A DNA stretch of 64,000 bases from Clostridia bacterium. Its GTDB lineage: Bacteria; Bacillota; Clostridia; Oscillospirales; UBA644. The position numbers and the translations under genes were made by a program. The notes under the pieces are model-generated. The model was not told where the DNA came from and did no database searches. It was given only the letters and a program-made list of their open reading frames with translations. Every line of letters begins with the position of its first letter. Position 1 is the stretch's first letter. Shown here one piece after another: positions 1 to 8,823 of the stretch. Where the stretch lies: assembly GCA_014872655.1 (NCBI GenBank), contig WHHJ01000002.1, positions 8,135 through 72,134 on the forward strand, written 5' to 3'.

Positions 1-103
1 CACCTTGCATATATTGCCTTATCTGCTATAACCCAGATATTTGATGTTTTTAATTCATTATATAAATATACGTTTGTAACCTGAAAACGAAAATTTTTCG
101 CAT

Positions 104-138
104 AAAAAAGCCTCGAACACAAAATTGCGTATCGAGGC
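104..138 (-). terminator. Rho-independent terminator downstream of tRNA-Leu
   Basis: Read on the minus strand: GCCTCGA (138-132), loop, TCGAGGC (116-110), then a run of six T (plus-strand A run 104-109). Confidence 0.7.
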
Positions 139-146
139 TATCAACA

Positions 147-233
147 TGGTGCAGCCAGCGAGACTTGAACTCGCACAGGAAAAATCCCACTACCCCCTCA
201 AAGTAGCGTGTCTACCAATTCCACCATGGCTGC
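147..233 (-). tRNA. tRNA-Leu (anticodon GAG), CCA encoded
   Basis: The reverse complement reads GCAGCCA-TG-GTG-GAATTGGTAGA-CAC-G-CTACT-TTGAGGG-GGTAG-(long variable arm TGGGATTTTTCCTGT)-GCGAG-TTCAAGT-CTCGC-TGGCTGC-A-CCA. It has a perfect 7-bp acceptor stem, a canonical T-loop, a 5-bp anticodon stem, and a loop with T33 and anticodon GAG. The long variable arm and D-loop are typical of tRNA-Leu. Length is 87 nt. Confidence 0.9.
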
Positions 234-271
234 GAATGATAGGCAAAAAGCCAATTTCAGTTACGGATAAT

Positions 272-300
272 ATTATATCAGTAAAAAATTGTTCTGTCAA
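272..300 (-). promoter_or_regulatory. Consensus sigma-A-type promoter for tRNA-Leu
   Basis: Minus strand: TTGACA (300-295), 17-nt spacer, TATAAT (277-272), about 40 nt upstream of the tRNA 5' end. Confidence 0.7.
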
Positions 301-368
301 GATATTTTTTTAATTATTAGGCAATTATTAAAAGTTTTTGTTTTTTTGCGGGAAGATCGTCGAAAATA

Positions 369-397
369 TTGACAAACAGCGTAAAAAATAGTAAAAT
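369..397 (+). promoter_or_regulatory. Sigma-A-type promoter upstream of yicC-remA-gmk-rpoZ-priA cluster
   Basis: TTGACA (369-374), 17-nt spacer, TAAAAT (392-397). Confidence 0.6.
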
Positions 398-500
398 ACA
401 AAATGAGATATTATTTTATTGTATATAAAAATAGGAATCTTTTTCAGGAAAAACAAGAGGATAAACGTTTTCGTTTATGGTTCGGAAGACGGTGGGGTTT

Positions 501-1379
501 ATGATAAAAAGTATGACAGGGTTTGGCCGCGCTCGAGCGGTCTGCGATCATTTAGATATTTCTGTTGAAATCAAGGCGGTGAATCACCGTTATTTTGAGA
601 TGTATGCGCGAGTGCCCCGATTTTATATGCAACTGGAAGATAAAATTCGTTCTTACTTGCAGTCTCGTGTTGTTCGGGGTAAAATTGAGGTAAATCTCAG
701 TATTGATGATTCTTCGGAGGAAGTGCAGCAGGTAAAGGTCAACAAACCGTTGATGCAAGCGTATTTACAGGCATTGCAGGACGTTTCCGAAACGTTTTCA
801 TTGCCGTATGATCCGAATGCTTTGCTGGCTTTGCGGTTTTCCGATGTGGTTTCTCCCGTTCGCAGTGAAGTGGATGTTGAAAAAATTTGGCAAAGTGTGT
901 TGCCTGTTTTAGAAGAAGCGACGGATGCTTTTATTGCGCAAAGGCAGGCAGAAGGGACCCGGTTAGCAACCGATATTATGGCCAAATGCCAGTTTATTAA
1001 AGAGCAGGTGGACGAGATTGAGCGGCAGGGACCTCGGTTATTGGATGAGTATGCGGCAAAATTGAGAACCCGAATAGAAGGCTTGCTTTCGGATACGAAA
1101 GTGGACGAGCAGCGGTTGCTGACAGAGGTTGCCATTATGGCTGACCGCTTGGCGGTTGATGAAGAAATTGTCCGGTTAAATTCGCATTGTCAAACCTTGC
1201 ACGATTTGTTTGAGAGCGGAACTTCCAATGGAAAAAAGATGGATTTTATTATTCAGGAAATGAATCGGGAGATCAATACGATTTCTTCTAAAATCGGGGA
1301 TATTGACGTGACTCGGCGTGTGATCGAGGTTAAAACTTGTATCGAGAAAATTCGGGAACAGGTTCAGAATATAGAATAA
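501..1379 (+). CDS. yicC: YicC/YloC-family stress-induced protein (putative endoribonuclease)
   Basis: The N-terminus [11 protein letters not shown] is the hallmark YicC start, and the C-terminal [17 protein letters not shown] motif is present. The ORF track opens at 477. ATG 501, preceded by GGTGGGG, is the more likely start. Confidence 0.9.
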   Translation: MIKSMTGFGRARAVCDHLDISVEIKAVNHRYFEMYARVPRFYMQLEDKIRSYLQSRVVRGKIEVNLSIDDSSEEVQQVKVNKPLMQAYLQALQDVSETFSLPYDPNALLALRFSDVVSPVRSEVDVEKIWQSVLPVLEEATDAFIAQRQAEGTRLATDIMAKCQFIKEQVDEIERQGPRLLDEYAAKLRTRIEGLLSDTKVDEQRLLTEVAIMADRLAVDEEIVRLNSHCQTLHDLFESGTSNGKKMDFIIQEMNREINTISSKIGDIDVTRRVIEVKTCIEKIREQVQNIE

Positions 1380-1407
1380 GTTTGGCGCAGAAAGGACGGC
1401 AGATAGG

Positions 1408-1665
1408 ATGAAACTGATTAACATCGGCTTTGGCAACGTGATTGCGGCAACTCGGGTTGTTGCGGTTGTCAGTCCGGATTCGCAGCCGATTAAGCGGTTG
1501 ATATCGGACAGCAGGGAAAAAGGAATTTTGATTGACGCAACTTATGGAAGACGTACGCGTTCGGTGATGATTTTGGATAGCGGGCACATTGTTTTAAGTG
1601 CTGTTCAGCCAGAAACCATAGCTGGGCGAATCGGGGACGTTTCGGAGGAAAACGCCGATGAGTAA
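1408..1665 (+). CDS. remA: RemA/YlzA (DUF370) family regulator
   Basis: The 85-aa protein reads [10 protein letters not shown]...[11 protein letters not shown]...[15 protein letters not shown]..., typical of RemA. The conserved position between yicC and gmk supports the call. Confidence 0.9.
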   Translation: MKLINIGFGNVIAATRVVAVVSPDSQPIKRLISDSREKGILIDATYGRRTRSVMILDSGHIVLSAVQPETIAGRIGDVSEENADE

Positions 1666-2224
1666 GCGTGGAGTGTTGTTTATTATTTCAGGCCCGTCCG
1701 GGGTAGGCAAGGATACGATTATTAAAGAGGTGTTATCTCGAACAGAGGACGTGAAATTGTCTGTATCGTGTACCACGCGTCCGCCTCGCGTGGGGGAGTT
1801 GCCCGGCGTAGATTATAATTTTGTTTCCAAAGATTATTTTGAGCAGTTGATTGCTCAAGATGCATTGTTGGAATATGCAGAATATTGTACCACATATTAT
1901 GGAACGCCCAAAGAACCTGTAGAACAAATGCTTCAAAACGGGATCGGCGTCATTTTAAAGATTGAGCGTGTGGGCATGGAAAAGGTGATTCGGATATATC
2001 CGGATGCGGTAACCATTTTTATTGAGCCGCCCAATATGGAAGAACTCCGTCGCAGAATCGTTCGCCGAAATACCGACAGCCCGGAAGCTGTGCAAAAACG
2101 GTTGAAGCGTGCAGAAGAAGAGATCTCCTTGAGCGGGGATTACAAACATCATGTGATCAGCGGCGAACTGGAGACGGCGATTGAAGAAGTTTGTTCCTTG
2201 ATTCGTACATATATGGAAAAATAA
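1658..2224 (+). CDS. gmk: Guanylate kinase
   Basis: P-loop GPSGVGKDT, a TTRPPR motif, and synteny yicC-remA-gmk-rpoZ. Confidence 0.95.
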   Translation: MSKRGVLFIISGPSGVGKDTIIKEVLSRTEDVKLSVSCTTRPPRVGELPGVDYNFVSKDYFEQLIAQDALLEYAEYCTTYYGTPKEPVEQMLQNGIGVILKIERVGMEKVIRIYPDAVTIFIEPPNMEELRRRIVRRNTDSPEAVQKRLKRAEEEISLSGDYKHHVISGELETAIEEVCSLIRTYMEK

Positions 2225-2276
2225 ATAAAATGATATAAGGAAAAGGATATAGATTTTAGGGAAAGAGGTTTTTGAA

Positions 2277-2489
2277 ATGTTGTATCCGTGTATTGAACAA
2301 TTAGTTACAGATAAAAGTTGTCAGTGTCGTTATTCGTTGGTAATCGCCGTTGCAAAGCGCGCGCGGCAGATTGCGGAGATGAAGGCAGCAGAGGGTGAAA
2401 AATTGGAAGATCGGGCTGTTTCTTTGGCTGTTCGTTCTTTTGCCGATCATGAAGTAACTTTTGCAGAAGACCGCAAACATGTCGACTGA
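2277..2489 (+). CDS. rpoZ: DNA-directed RNA polymerase subunit omega
   Basis: The 70-aa protein contains NRYSLVIAVAKRARQI-like text (CRYSLVIAVAKRARQIAE). It sits immediately downstream of gmk. Confidence 0.9.
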   Translation: MLYPCIEQLVTDKSCQCRYSLVIAVAKRARQIAEMKAAEGEKLEDRAVSLAVRSFADHEVTFAEDRKHVD

Positions 2490-4917
2490 ACATATCTTCG
2501 TTGCAATTGAAGATATTCCGTATTCGGCAGATAAATTATACGAATATGCATTGCCGGCTGAACTGCAACAGACAGTCTCAGTTGGAACGATGGTTTTATG
2601 TCCGTTTGGTGGAGGCAATCGAAAAGTTCGAGGAATCGTATTTGATTTTGGACCTGCCAGTACAAACAAGGTAAAACAGATTTTTGATGTGTATGATTTA
2701 AACGGATTTCTGACACAAGATCAGATCCGTCTTTGCCGTTATATGAAAAACAAATATTTCTGTACTTTTTTTGATGCGGCAAAGACCATGATGCCTGCCG
2801 GCGTCATTGGCGGCGTGGATCGGTATTACAGTTTATGTGCTCCGTGTGCAGATCCCATGATCCAGGAACTTTTTGACCGGAATCAGAATTGGGTTTTGCA
2901 GAAAGAATTAGTCCGACAGCTGCCCAGACAGAAATATTATCAGGTATTGAAATGGGTTCGCGAGCATAAAGCGCGTGAAGTTTTAAAGTTTAAAAACATG
3001 GTTTCGGATCGAATGGCAAGTGTCTTTCAAATCACCTCTGCAGGAGAAGTTTATGCCGCAGAGTGCAGAAAAAAACAGACAGAACTTGCCAAGAAGCATC
3101 TTGCCGTGTTGGATTTTTTAAAAGAAAATGATTCCTGTACTGCAAAAGAAATTTTGTATATGACTGGACTTTCGGCCAGTGTATTAAATACGCTCCGAAA
3201 ACGTGGAATGGTATCGGTTACGGTTGCTGAACAATTGCGCGATCCGTTGATGAATAAATCTTTGGAATATAATCCGCAGCCGGTCGTATTGAACGATACT
3301 CAAAAACAAGCCGCTGAGGAAATTTTAAAAAACAGCCAAACAGGAAAAACACATTTATTGTACGGGGTAACCGGAAGCGGCAAAACGCATGTTTTTATGG
3401 CTGTCATTGACGAGCTGCTTGCGAGAGGAAAATCTGCGCTCGTACTGTTGCCGGAAATTTCTCTGACACTTCAGATTATCGAACGGTTTTATCGGCATTA
3501 CGGACCCCAGTTGGCCGTTTTGCATAGCGCTCTTTCAGCAGGCGAGCGTTATGATGAATATAAAAGAATTCGCAGCGGGCATGCCAAGGTGGTAGTAGGC
3601 ACACGATCTGCCGTATTTGCGCCCATGCAGGATTTGGGCATTATCATTATCGATGAAGAACAGGAACATACCTATAAATCGGATATGACTCCCAAATATC
3701 ACGCCCGGGATATTGCCGCTTTTTTAGTTGCTCGTAAAAAGGCTCTGCTGGTGCTTGCTTCGGCAACGCCTTCTTTTGAATCTTATACTCGTGCGATGAG
3801 GGGAGCCATCGGATATTCGGAACTGTCGGGCAGGTTTAATAAACAGCCCTTGCCGAAAGTATTAGTTTCAGACACGGCAATGGAACAGGTTCAGGGGAAT
3901 CTGTCCTTGATCAGTACAACGTTGGCTACAGAACTGCAAAAAAATTTAGAACAACAGGAACAAACGATTTTATTTATGAATCGCAGAGGATATAATTCTT
4001 TTGTTTCCTGTCCCAAGTGCAAATTTGTTTTTCGTTGCCCAAACTGCGGGATCGCATTGACTTATCACAGCGTGAACGACCGCCTGGTGTGTCATTACTG
4101 CGGCTACAGCCAGCCGGCTACGGGACACTGTCCGGATTGCGGGGAGAAAACGTTGAGGTATTCCGGATTTGGTACACAAAAGGCAGAGTCTGAACTGCGT
4201 CAGTTCTTTCCGGGAATCCGTATTTTGCGTATGGATGCAGACACGGTAGGCGGCAAATCGACTCGCGATGAAATTCTGACGGCGTTTGCCCGAAAAGAAT
4301 ATGACGTTTTGCTTGGCACCCAGATGATTACTAAAGGGCTTGATTTTCCGGATGTGACGCTGGTGGGCGTTTTGATGGCCGATATGTCGTTATATTCTTC
4401 TGACTTTCGCGCTTACGAAAAAACCTTTTCTCTGATTACTCAGGTGGTTGGTCGTGCCGGCCGCGCACAAAAGCAGGGAAGAGCGGTGATTCAAACTTTT
4501 TCACCGGAACATATGGTTCTGGAATATGCGTTTCGGCAGGATTATAAAGGGTTTTATGCGGAGGAATCTGCGTTGCGAAAATCTCTTGTTTATCCGCCGT
4601 ATTGCGATATTTGTCAAGTTGTTTTTTTAGCCGACGGTGTTTCGGCGGCATTTGAGGGTGCGGAGGCCTTTGTACATAAAATCGAATTGTTGTTGCAGGA
4701 TTCTCACTTCGATCAAGTTCCGGTTAGTATTATTCGTCCTCGACAAACGGCTGTTCCCAAGGTGGATGGGCGCGATCGGGTACGGGTTTTGATTAAGTGC
4801 AGGGACGATCTTCGGACGCGTGAGATGTTGAACGAGGCTTACTTATGGTTTTTAAAAGAAAAAGTATTTAAGAATACATCGATTTCGATGGATATCAATC
4901 CGTCAATGATTATATAA
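2479..4917 (+). CDS. priA: Primosomal protein N' (replication restart helicase PriA)
   Basis: Walker A GVTGSGKT, DEEQE (DExH-like) box, Cys-rich zinc-binding insert CPKCKF..CPNCG..CHYCG..CPDCG, about 810 aa. The track start is TTG 2461. ATG 2479 overlaps the rpoZ end and is equally plausible. Confidence 0.93.
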   Translation: MSTEHIFVAIEDIPYSADKLYEYALPAELQQTVSVGTMVLCPFGGGNRKVRGIVFDFGPASTNKVKQIFDVYDLNGFLTQDQIRLCRYMKNKYFCTFFDAAKTMMPAGVIGGVDRYYSLCAPCADPMIQELFDRNQNWVLQKELVRQLPRQKYYQVLKWVREHKAREVLKFKNMVSDRMASVFQITSAGEVYAAECRKKQTELAKKHLAVLDFLKENDSCTAKEILYMTGLSASVLNTLRKRGMVSVTVAEQLRDPLMNKSLEYNPQPVVLNDTQKQAAEEILKNSQTGKTHLLYGVTGSGKTHVFMAVIDELLARGKSALVLLPEISLTLQIIERFYRHYGPQLAVLHSALSAGERYDEYKRIRSGHAKVVVGTRSAVFAPMQDLGIIIIDEEQEHTYKSDMTPKYHARDIAAFLVARKKALLVLASATPSFESYTRAMRGAIGYSELSGRFNKQPLPKVLVSDTAMEQVQGNLSLISTTLATELQKNLEQQEQTILFMNRRGYNSFVSCPKCKFVFRCPNCGIALTYHSVNDRLVCHYCGYSQPATGHCPDCGEKTLRYSGFGTQKAESELRQFFPGIRILRMDADTVGGKSTRDEILTAFARKEYDVLLGTQMITKGLDFPDVTLVGVLMADMSLYSSDFRAYEKTFSLITQVVGRAGRAQKQGRAVIQTFSPEHMVLEYAFRQDYKGFYAEESALRKSLVYPPYCDICQVVFLADGVSAAFEGAEAFVHKIELLLQDSHFDQVPVSIIRPRQTAVPKVDGRDRVRVLIKCRDDLRTREMLNEAYLWFLKEKVFKNTSISMDINPSMII

Positions 4918-4940
4918 TATGGATACGGGAAGGTTTTAAT

Positions 4941-5405
4941 ATGGCGATAAGAAATATCGTAAAAGAGGGCGACGAAGTTCTAAAAAAGGTTTGTCGGCCC
5001 GTAGATCGTTTTGACGATCATTTAAAGCAACTGGTTCAAGATATGAAAGATACTTTGACAAAGGCAAACGGATTAGGGTTAGCCGCTCCGCAGGTCGGTG
5101 TTTTGCGCAGATTGTTTGTGATGTTGGACGAAGATGGGCAGACGATGGTGACGTGTGTAAATCCTGAAATTGTAAAGACTTCGGGCAGTCAACAGGCTAA
5201 TGAGGGATGTCTTTCTGTCCCTGGCGTTTGGGGCGTCACGAATCGGCCTGCCAAGGTAACGGTAAAAGCGTATGACGAAAACGGAAATCCGTTTGAAATG
5301 ACCCGGACGGGGATTACGGCCGTTTGTATCTGTCACGAAACGGATCATTTAGACGGCATTTTGTTCCGGGAGCATGTGGTCGAGTATTTTGAACCCGAAG
5401 ACTGA
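4941..5405 (+). CDS. def: Peptide deformylase
   Basis: Motifs GLGLAAPQ, EGCLSVPG and HETDHLDG. Confidence 0.96.
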   Translation: MAIRNIVKEGDEVLKKVCRPVDRFDDHLKQLVQDMKDTLTKANGLGLAAPQVGVLRRLFVMLDEDGQTMVTCVNPEIVKTSGSQQANEGCLSVPGVWGVTNRPAKVTVKAYDENGNPFEMTRTGITAVCICHETDHLDGILFREHVVEYFEPED

Positions 5406-5430
5406 TTAAAAAGTAAGGAATTATGGATTG

Positions 5431-6345
5431 ATGAGGATTGTTTTTATGGGGACATCGGATTTTGCCGTGTCCTGTTTAAATGCGTTACACGAGGCCGGGA
5501 TGACGCCGATAGCCGTTGTTTCACAGCCGGATCGTCCGCGTGGACGCGGCTATGTGATGACGCCTACTCCGGTAAAAGCCCGTGCGCTGGAACTGGGGAT
5601 AGAGGTCTATACGCCAGAAAATGCAAAAGATGGGCAATTATTGCACATTCTGCAGGACATCAAAGCAGATCTTTCGGTTGTGGTTGCGTATGGTCAGATT
5701 TTGCCGAAAGCCGTTTTGGATTGTCCTCGATATGGCAGTGTAAATGTTCATGCGTCGTTGTTGCCGATGTATCGCGGTGCCGCTCCGATTAACCGCGTAC
5801 TGATGGACGGCTGTACTCAAACCGGCATCACAACCATGTATATGGATGAAGGTTTGGATACCGGCGATATGATTTTGTCTGCATTAACAGATATTTCTGA
5901 TGAGGACACGTTTGAAACATTACATGATCGGCTGGCACAGATGGGCGGAAATCTTCTGGTGGAAACGATCCGACAGATCGAGGCTGGGACTGCTCCGCGG
6001 ATTCCTCAGGAAGGACCGACGTGTTACGCGCATATGTTGCATACAGAAGATCGACGTATAGATTTTAACGATACGGTTAAAAATATAGTCAATAAAGTGC
6101 GGGGGCTCAGTCCTGTTCCCTGTGCGTTTTGTTTGTGCGAGGGCAAAAAGGTCAAGATATATCGCGCAGCGGACGCCGGATTTGATCGAGATTGTCCGAT
6201 CGGAACGGTTGTTTGTGAGAACGGTTGTTTGTATGTAAAAGCACGAGACGGTTTTGTTCATATTCAGCAGTTGCAGGCTGAAGGGAAAAAACGTATGGAT
6301 GACCAATGTTTTTTATGTGGCAATCATCCCCGCCAGTTTGAATAG
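5431..6345 (+). CDS. fmt: Methionyl-tRNA formyltransferase
   Basis: MRIVFMGT N-terminus, HASLLPMYRGAAPI motif, def-fmt synteny. Confidence 0.95.
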   Translation: MRIVFMGTSDFAVSCLNALHEAGMTPIAVVSQPDRPRGRGYVMTPTPVKARALELGIEVYTPENAKDGQLLHILQDIKADLSVVVAYGQILPKAVLDCPRYGSVNVHASLLPMYRGAAPINRVLMDGCTQTGITTMYMDEGLDTGDMILSALTDISDEDTFETLHDRLAQMGGNLLVETIRQIEAGTAPRIPQEGPTCYAHMLHTEDRRIDFNDTVKNIVNKVRGLSPVPCAFCLCEGKKVKIYRAADAGFDRDCPIGTVVCENGCLYVKARDGFVHIQQLQAEGKKRMDDQCFLCGNHPRQFE

Positions 6346-6351
6346 AGGTTC

Positions 6352-7041
6352 ATGATGCTTTATTTTATGGATTATTGGTACATCGTTTTGGTGTTGCCGG
6401 CAATTTTATTTTCTTTGATTGCACAGGCTTCGGTGCATTCTGCCTATAACAAGTACGGGCAAATTTTATCTCGCCGTGGAATGACCGGTGCAGATGTCGC
6501 GCGGCGTGTTTTGGAATTAAACGGGATTCAGGGGGTTCGAATTGAGTCGACAAGCGGGAAGTTAACCGATCATTATGACCCTCGGACAGATGTTATTCGT
6601 CTTTCCGAAGGGGTATATGGATCGTCTTCTGTGGCAGCATTAGGCATTGCGGCTCATGAGGCAGGACATACCTGTCAGCATCATCTCGGTTATGGGGCAA
6701 TCAAAGTACGCAATGCTATTTTGCCGGTTGCCAATATTGGTTCGGCTGCGGCGATTCCGCTGGTTTTGATCGGAATTATTTTTAATTTTGGCGTTTTGAT
6801 TAATGTCGGTATTATCTTTTTTGCCGCTGTTGTTGTATTTCAGTTGGTAACGTTGCCGGTAGAGTTTAACGCTTCGGCTCGTGCCAAAAAGGTTCTGGCT
6901 GCTGACGGAATGCTTTCAGGAGAAGAATTGGCGGGGGCGAAAAAGGTTTTAAATGCGGCGGCAATGACCTATGTTGCGTCTCTTGCTGTGTCGCTGATGC
7001 AGTTGGTTCGATTGTTAATTATTTCAAGAAACAGAGATTAA
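6352..7041 (+). CDS. Membrane zinc metallopeptidase, YugP-like (Zn_peptidase_2 type)
   Basis: N-terminal TM segment, HExxH-type motif AAHEAGHTCQH, C-terminal TM helices, about 229 aa. This matches my memory of the YugP family. Confidence 0.8.
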   Translation: MMLYFMDYWYIVLVLPAILFSLIAQASVHSAYNKYGQILSRRGMTGADVARRVLELNGIQGVRIESTSGKLTDHYDPRTDVIRLSEGVYGSSSVAALGIAAHEAGHTCQHHLGYGAIKVRNAILPVANIGSAAAIPLVLIGIIFNFGVLINVGIIFFAAVVVFQLVTLPVEFNASARAKKVLAADGMLSGEELAGAKKVLNAAAMTYVASLAVSLMQLVRLLIISRNRD

Positions 7042-7051
7042 GGGAAGAAAA

Positions 7052-8083
7052 ATGGTAGATTTGTCAAGTTTGACGTATGAGCAACTGGAGCAGTATACCG
7101 ATGGTCTGAAAGTGCCGAAGTTTCGTGCAAAACAGATTTATCGGTGGATCAGTCGCGGTATTTTTGACTTTGAAGACATGACGGATTTGCCGAAATCTTT
7201 TCGTCAGCAGCTGCAGCAAACTTGCGTACTTGCTTCATTAAAAGTGCGCAGAAGATTGGTGGATCCCGACGATCAAACCGTAAAATATGTTTTTGAATTA
7301 TCTGATGGTTTATTGATTGAGACAGTGGTAATGCATTATAAACACGGAAATAGTGTTTGTATCTCTTCACAGGCGGGATGTCGGATGGGATGTCGGTTCT
7401 GCGCCAGCACACTAAAGGGAAAGCAGCGAGACCTGTCTGCCGGTGAGATGTTGGCTCAAGTCGCTTACGCTAATGCAGAGTTAGGGGTAGGACATATCGT
7501 TGTGATGGGCGTCGGAGAGCCATTGGATAATTATGATTCCTTGCTGGTTTTTTTGCGAAATGTCAATCATCCGGAGGGCTTGAATATCAGTCAGCGGCAT
7601 ATTTCCGTTTCGACTTGCGGGCTTGTAGATAAAATTCGCCAATTGGCAGATGAGAAGTTGCAGATTACGCTTTCGGTCTCTTTGCATGCCCCGGACAATG
7701 AAACAAGGAATCGTTTGATGCCGGTCAATCAGCGTTGGCCGATCGAGGAATTGATAGATGCCTGCCGGTATTATATACAGAAAACAGGCCGTAGGATTTC
7801 TTTTGAGTATACATTGGTAAAAGATGTCAATGACCGTTTGAGCCATGCCCAAAAATTATATGAATTGTTAGCTGGGATGCTGGCACATGTAAATTTAATT
7901 CCTGTAAACTATGTGCAGGAGCGGGGGCTTTACCCGTCTGATAAAAATACGGTTCGTCAATTTTATGAATATTTGGATCACAAAGGAATGAATGTGACGG
8001 TTCGCAGAACTTTGGGCGGAAATATTGACGCCTCATGCGGACAACTCAGATTGATGGAGGAACAAGATGAAGCTGTACGGTAA
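7052..8083 (+). CDS. rlmN: 23S rRNA/tRNA (adenine-C2)-methyltransferase RlmN (radical SAM)
   Basis: N-terminal FRAKQIYRWI, radical-SAM CRMGCRFCAS, MGVGEPLDN, C-terminal ACGQL. Confidence 0.95.
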   Translation: MVDLSSLTYEQLEQYTDGLKVPKFRAKQIYRWISRGIFDFEDMTDLPKSFRQQLQQTCVLASLKVRRRLVDPDDQTVKYVFELSDGLLIETVVMHYKHGNSVCISSQAGCRMGCRFCASTLKGKQRDLSAGEMLAQVAYANAELGVGHIVVMGVGEPLDNYDSLLVFLRNVNHPEGLNISQRHISVSTCGLVDKIRQLADEKLQITLSVSLHAPDNETRNRLMPVNQRWPIEELIDACRYYIQKTGRRISFEYTLVKDVNDRLSHAQKLYELLAGMLAHVNLIPVNYVQERGLYPSDKNTVRQFYEYLDHKGMNVTVRRTLGGNIDASCGQLRLMEEQDEAVR

Positions 8084-8810
8084 AACGGACGTAGGAATTG
8101 TCCGAAGCAGTAATCAGGATAATTTTGTAGTCCGGAATCTGGATCAAAACTGTGCATATGCCATTGTTTGTGACGGAATGGGCGGGCACAACGGCGGCAA
8201 TATTGCCAGCGAACTTGCCGTGCGCAGTTTGGATAGTGCGTTGAGTGCGGGATACGATGCCTCAACACGAAATCGAAATGTCCGGAACTTGTTGAATAAT
8301 GTGGTTCGACACGCGAACGGTACCGTGTATTCCGTTTCTTTAAAAGATGAGCATTTAAAAGGAATGGGAACAACCGTGGTTCTTGCCTATGTGGTGGATG
8401 AGCAGCTGTATGTGGCGCATGTGGGTGACAGCCGTGCTTATTTATTTGAAAATGGTAAGATGCGTCCAATCACAAAAGATCACTCCATTGTGCAGCAGAT
8501 GTTAGATAGCGGCAAGATTACACCCGAAGAAGCGCGGGAGCATCCGTATCGACATATTATTACGCGTGTTGTCGGATTTACCGGAGAGGCAGAACCTGAT
8601 ATCGGGGTTTTTGATTTTACTCCTCAATCCATGGTTTTGCTTTGCTCGGATGGGTTGACAAATGTTTTGGAAGATGATCAGATCGAAGCGATTATTGCGA
8701 ATACCCCCCATAATCAGGTTTGCTCGGAATTGATTCGGCAGGCCAATCAAGGCGGCGGTCCGGATAATATAACGGTCGCTATCATAGCCGGTGAAGATGA
8801 GGGCGTATAG
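8067..8810 (+). CDS. stp: PP2C-family Ser/Thr protein phosphatase (Stp/PrpC)
   Basis: TDVGIVRSSNQDNF, VCDGMGGHNGG and GGPDNITV motifs. It lies upstream of prkC. Confidence 0.93.
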   Translation: MKLYGKTDVGIVRSSNQDNFVVRNLDQNCAYAIVCDGMGGHNGGNIASELAVRSLDSALSAGYDASTRNRNVRNLLNNVVRHANGTVYSVSLKDEHLKGMGTTVVLAYVVDEQLYVAHVGDSRAYLFENGKMRPITKDHSIVQQMLDSGKITPEEAREHPYRHIITRVVGFTGEAEPDIGVFDFTPQSMVLLCSDGLTNVLEDDQIEAIIANTPHNQVCSELIRQANQGGGPDNITVAIIAGEDEGV

Positions 8811-8823
8811 GAGGATACATAGT

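Noticed and set aside
125-313. A 62-aa plus-strand ORF.
   Set aside because: It overlaps the minus-strand tRNA-Leu and its promoter and terminator. No RBS is present.
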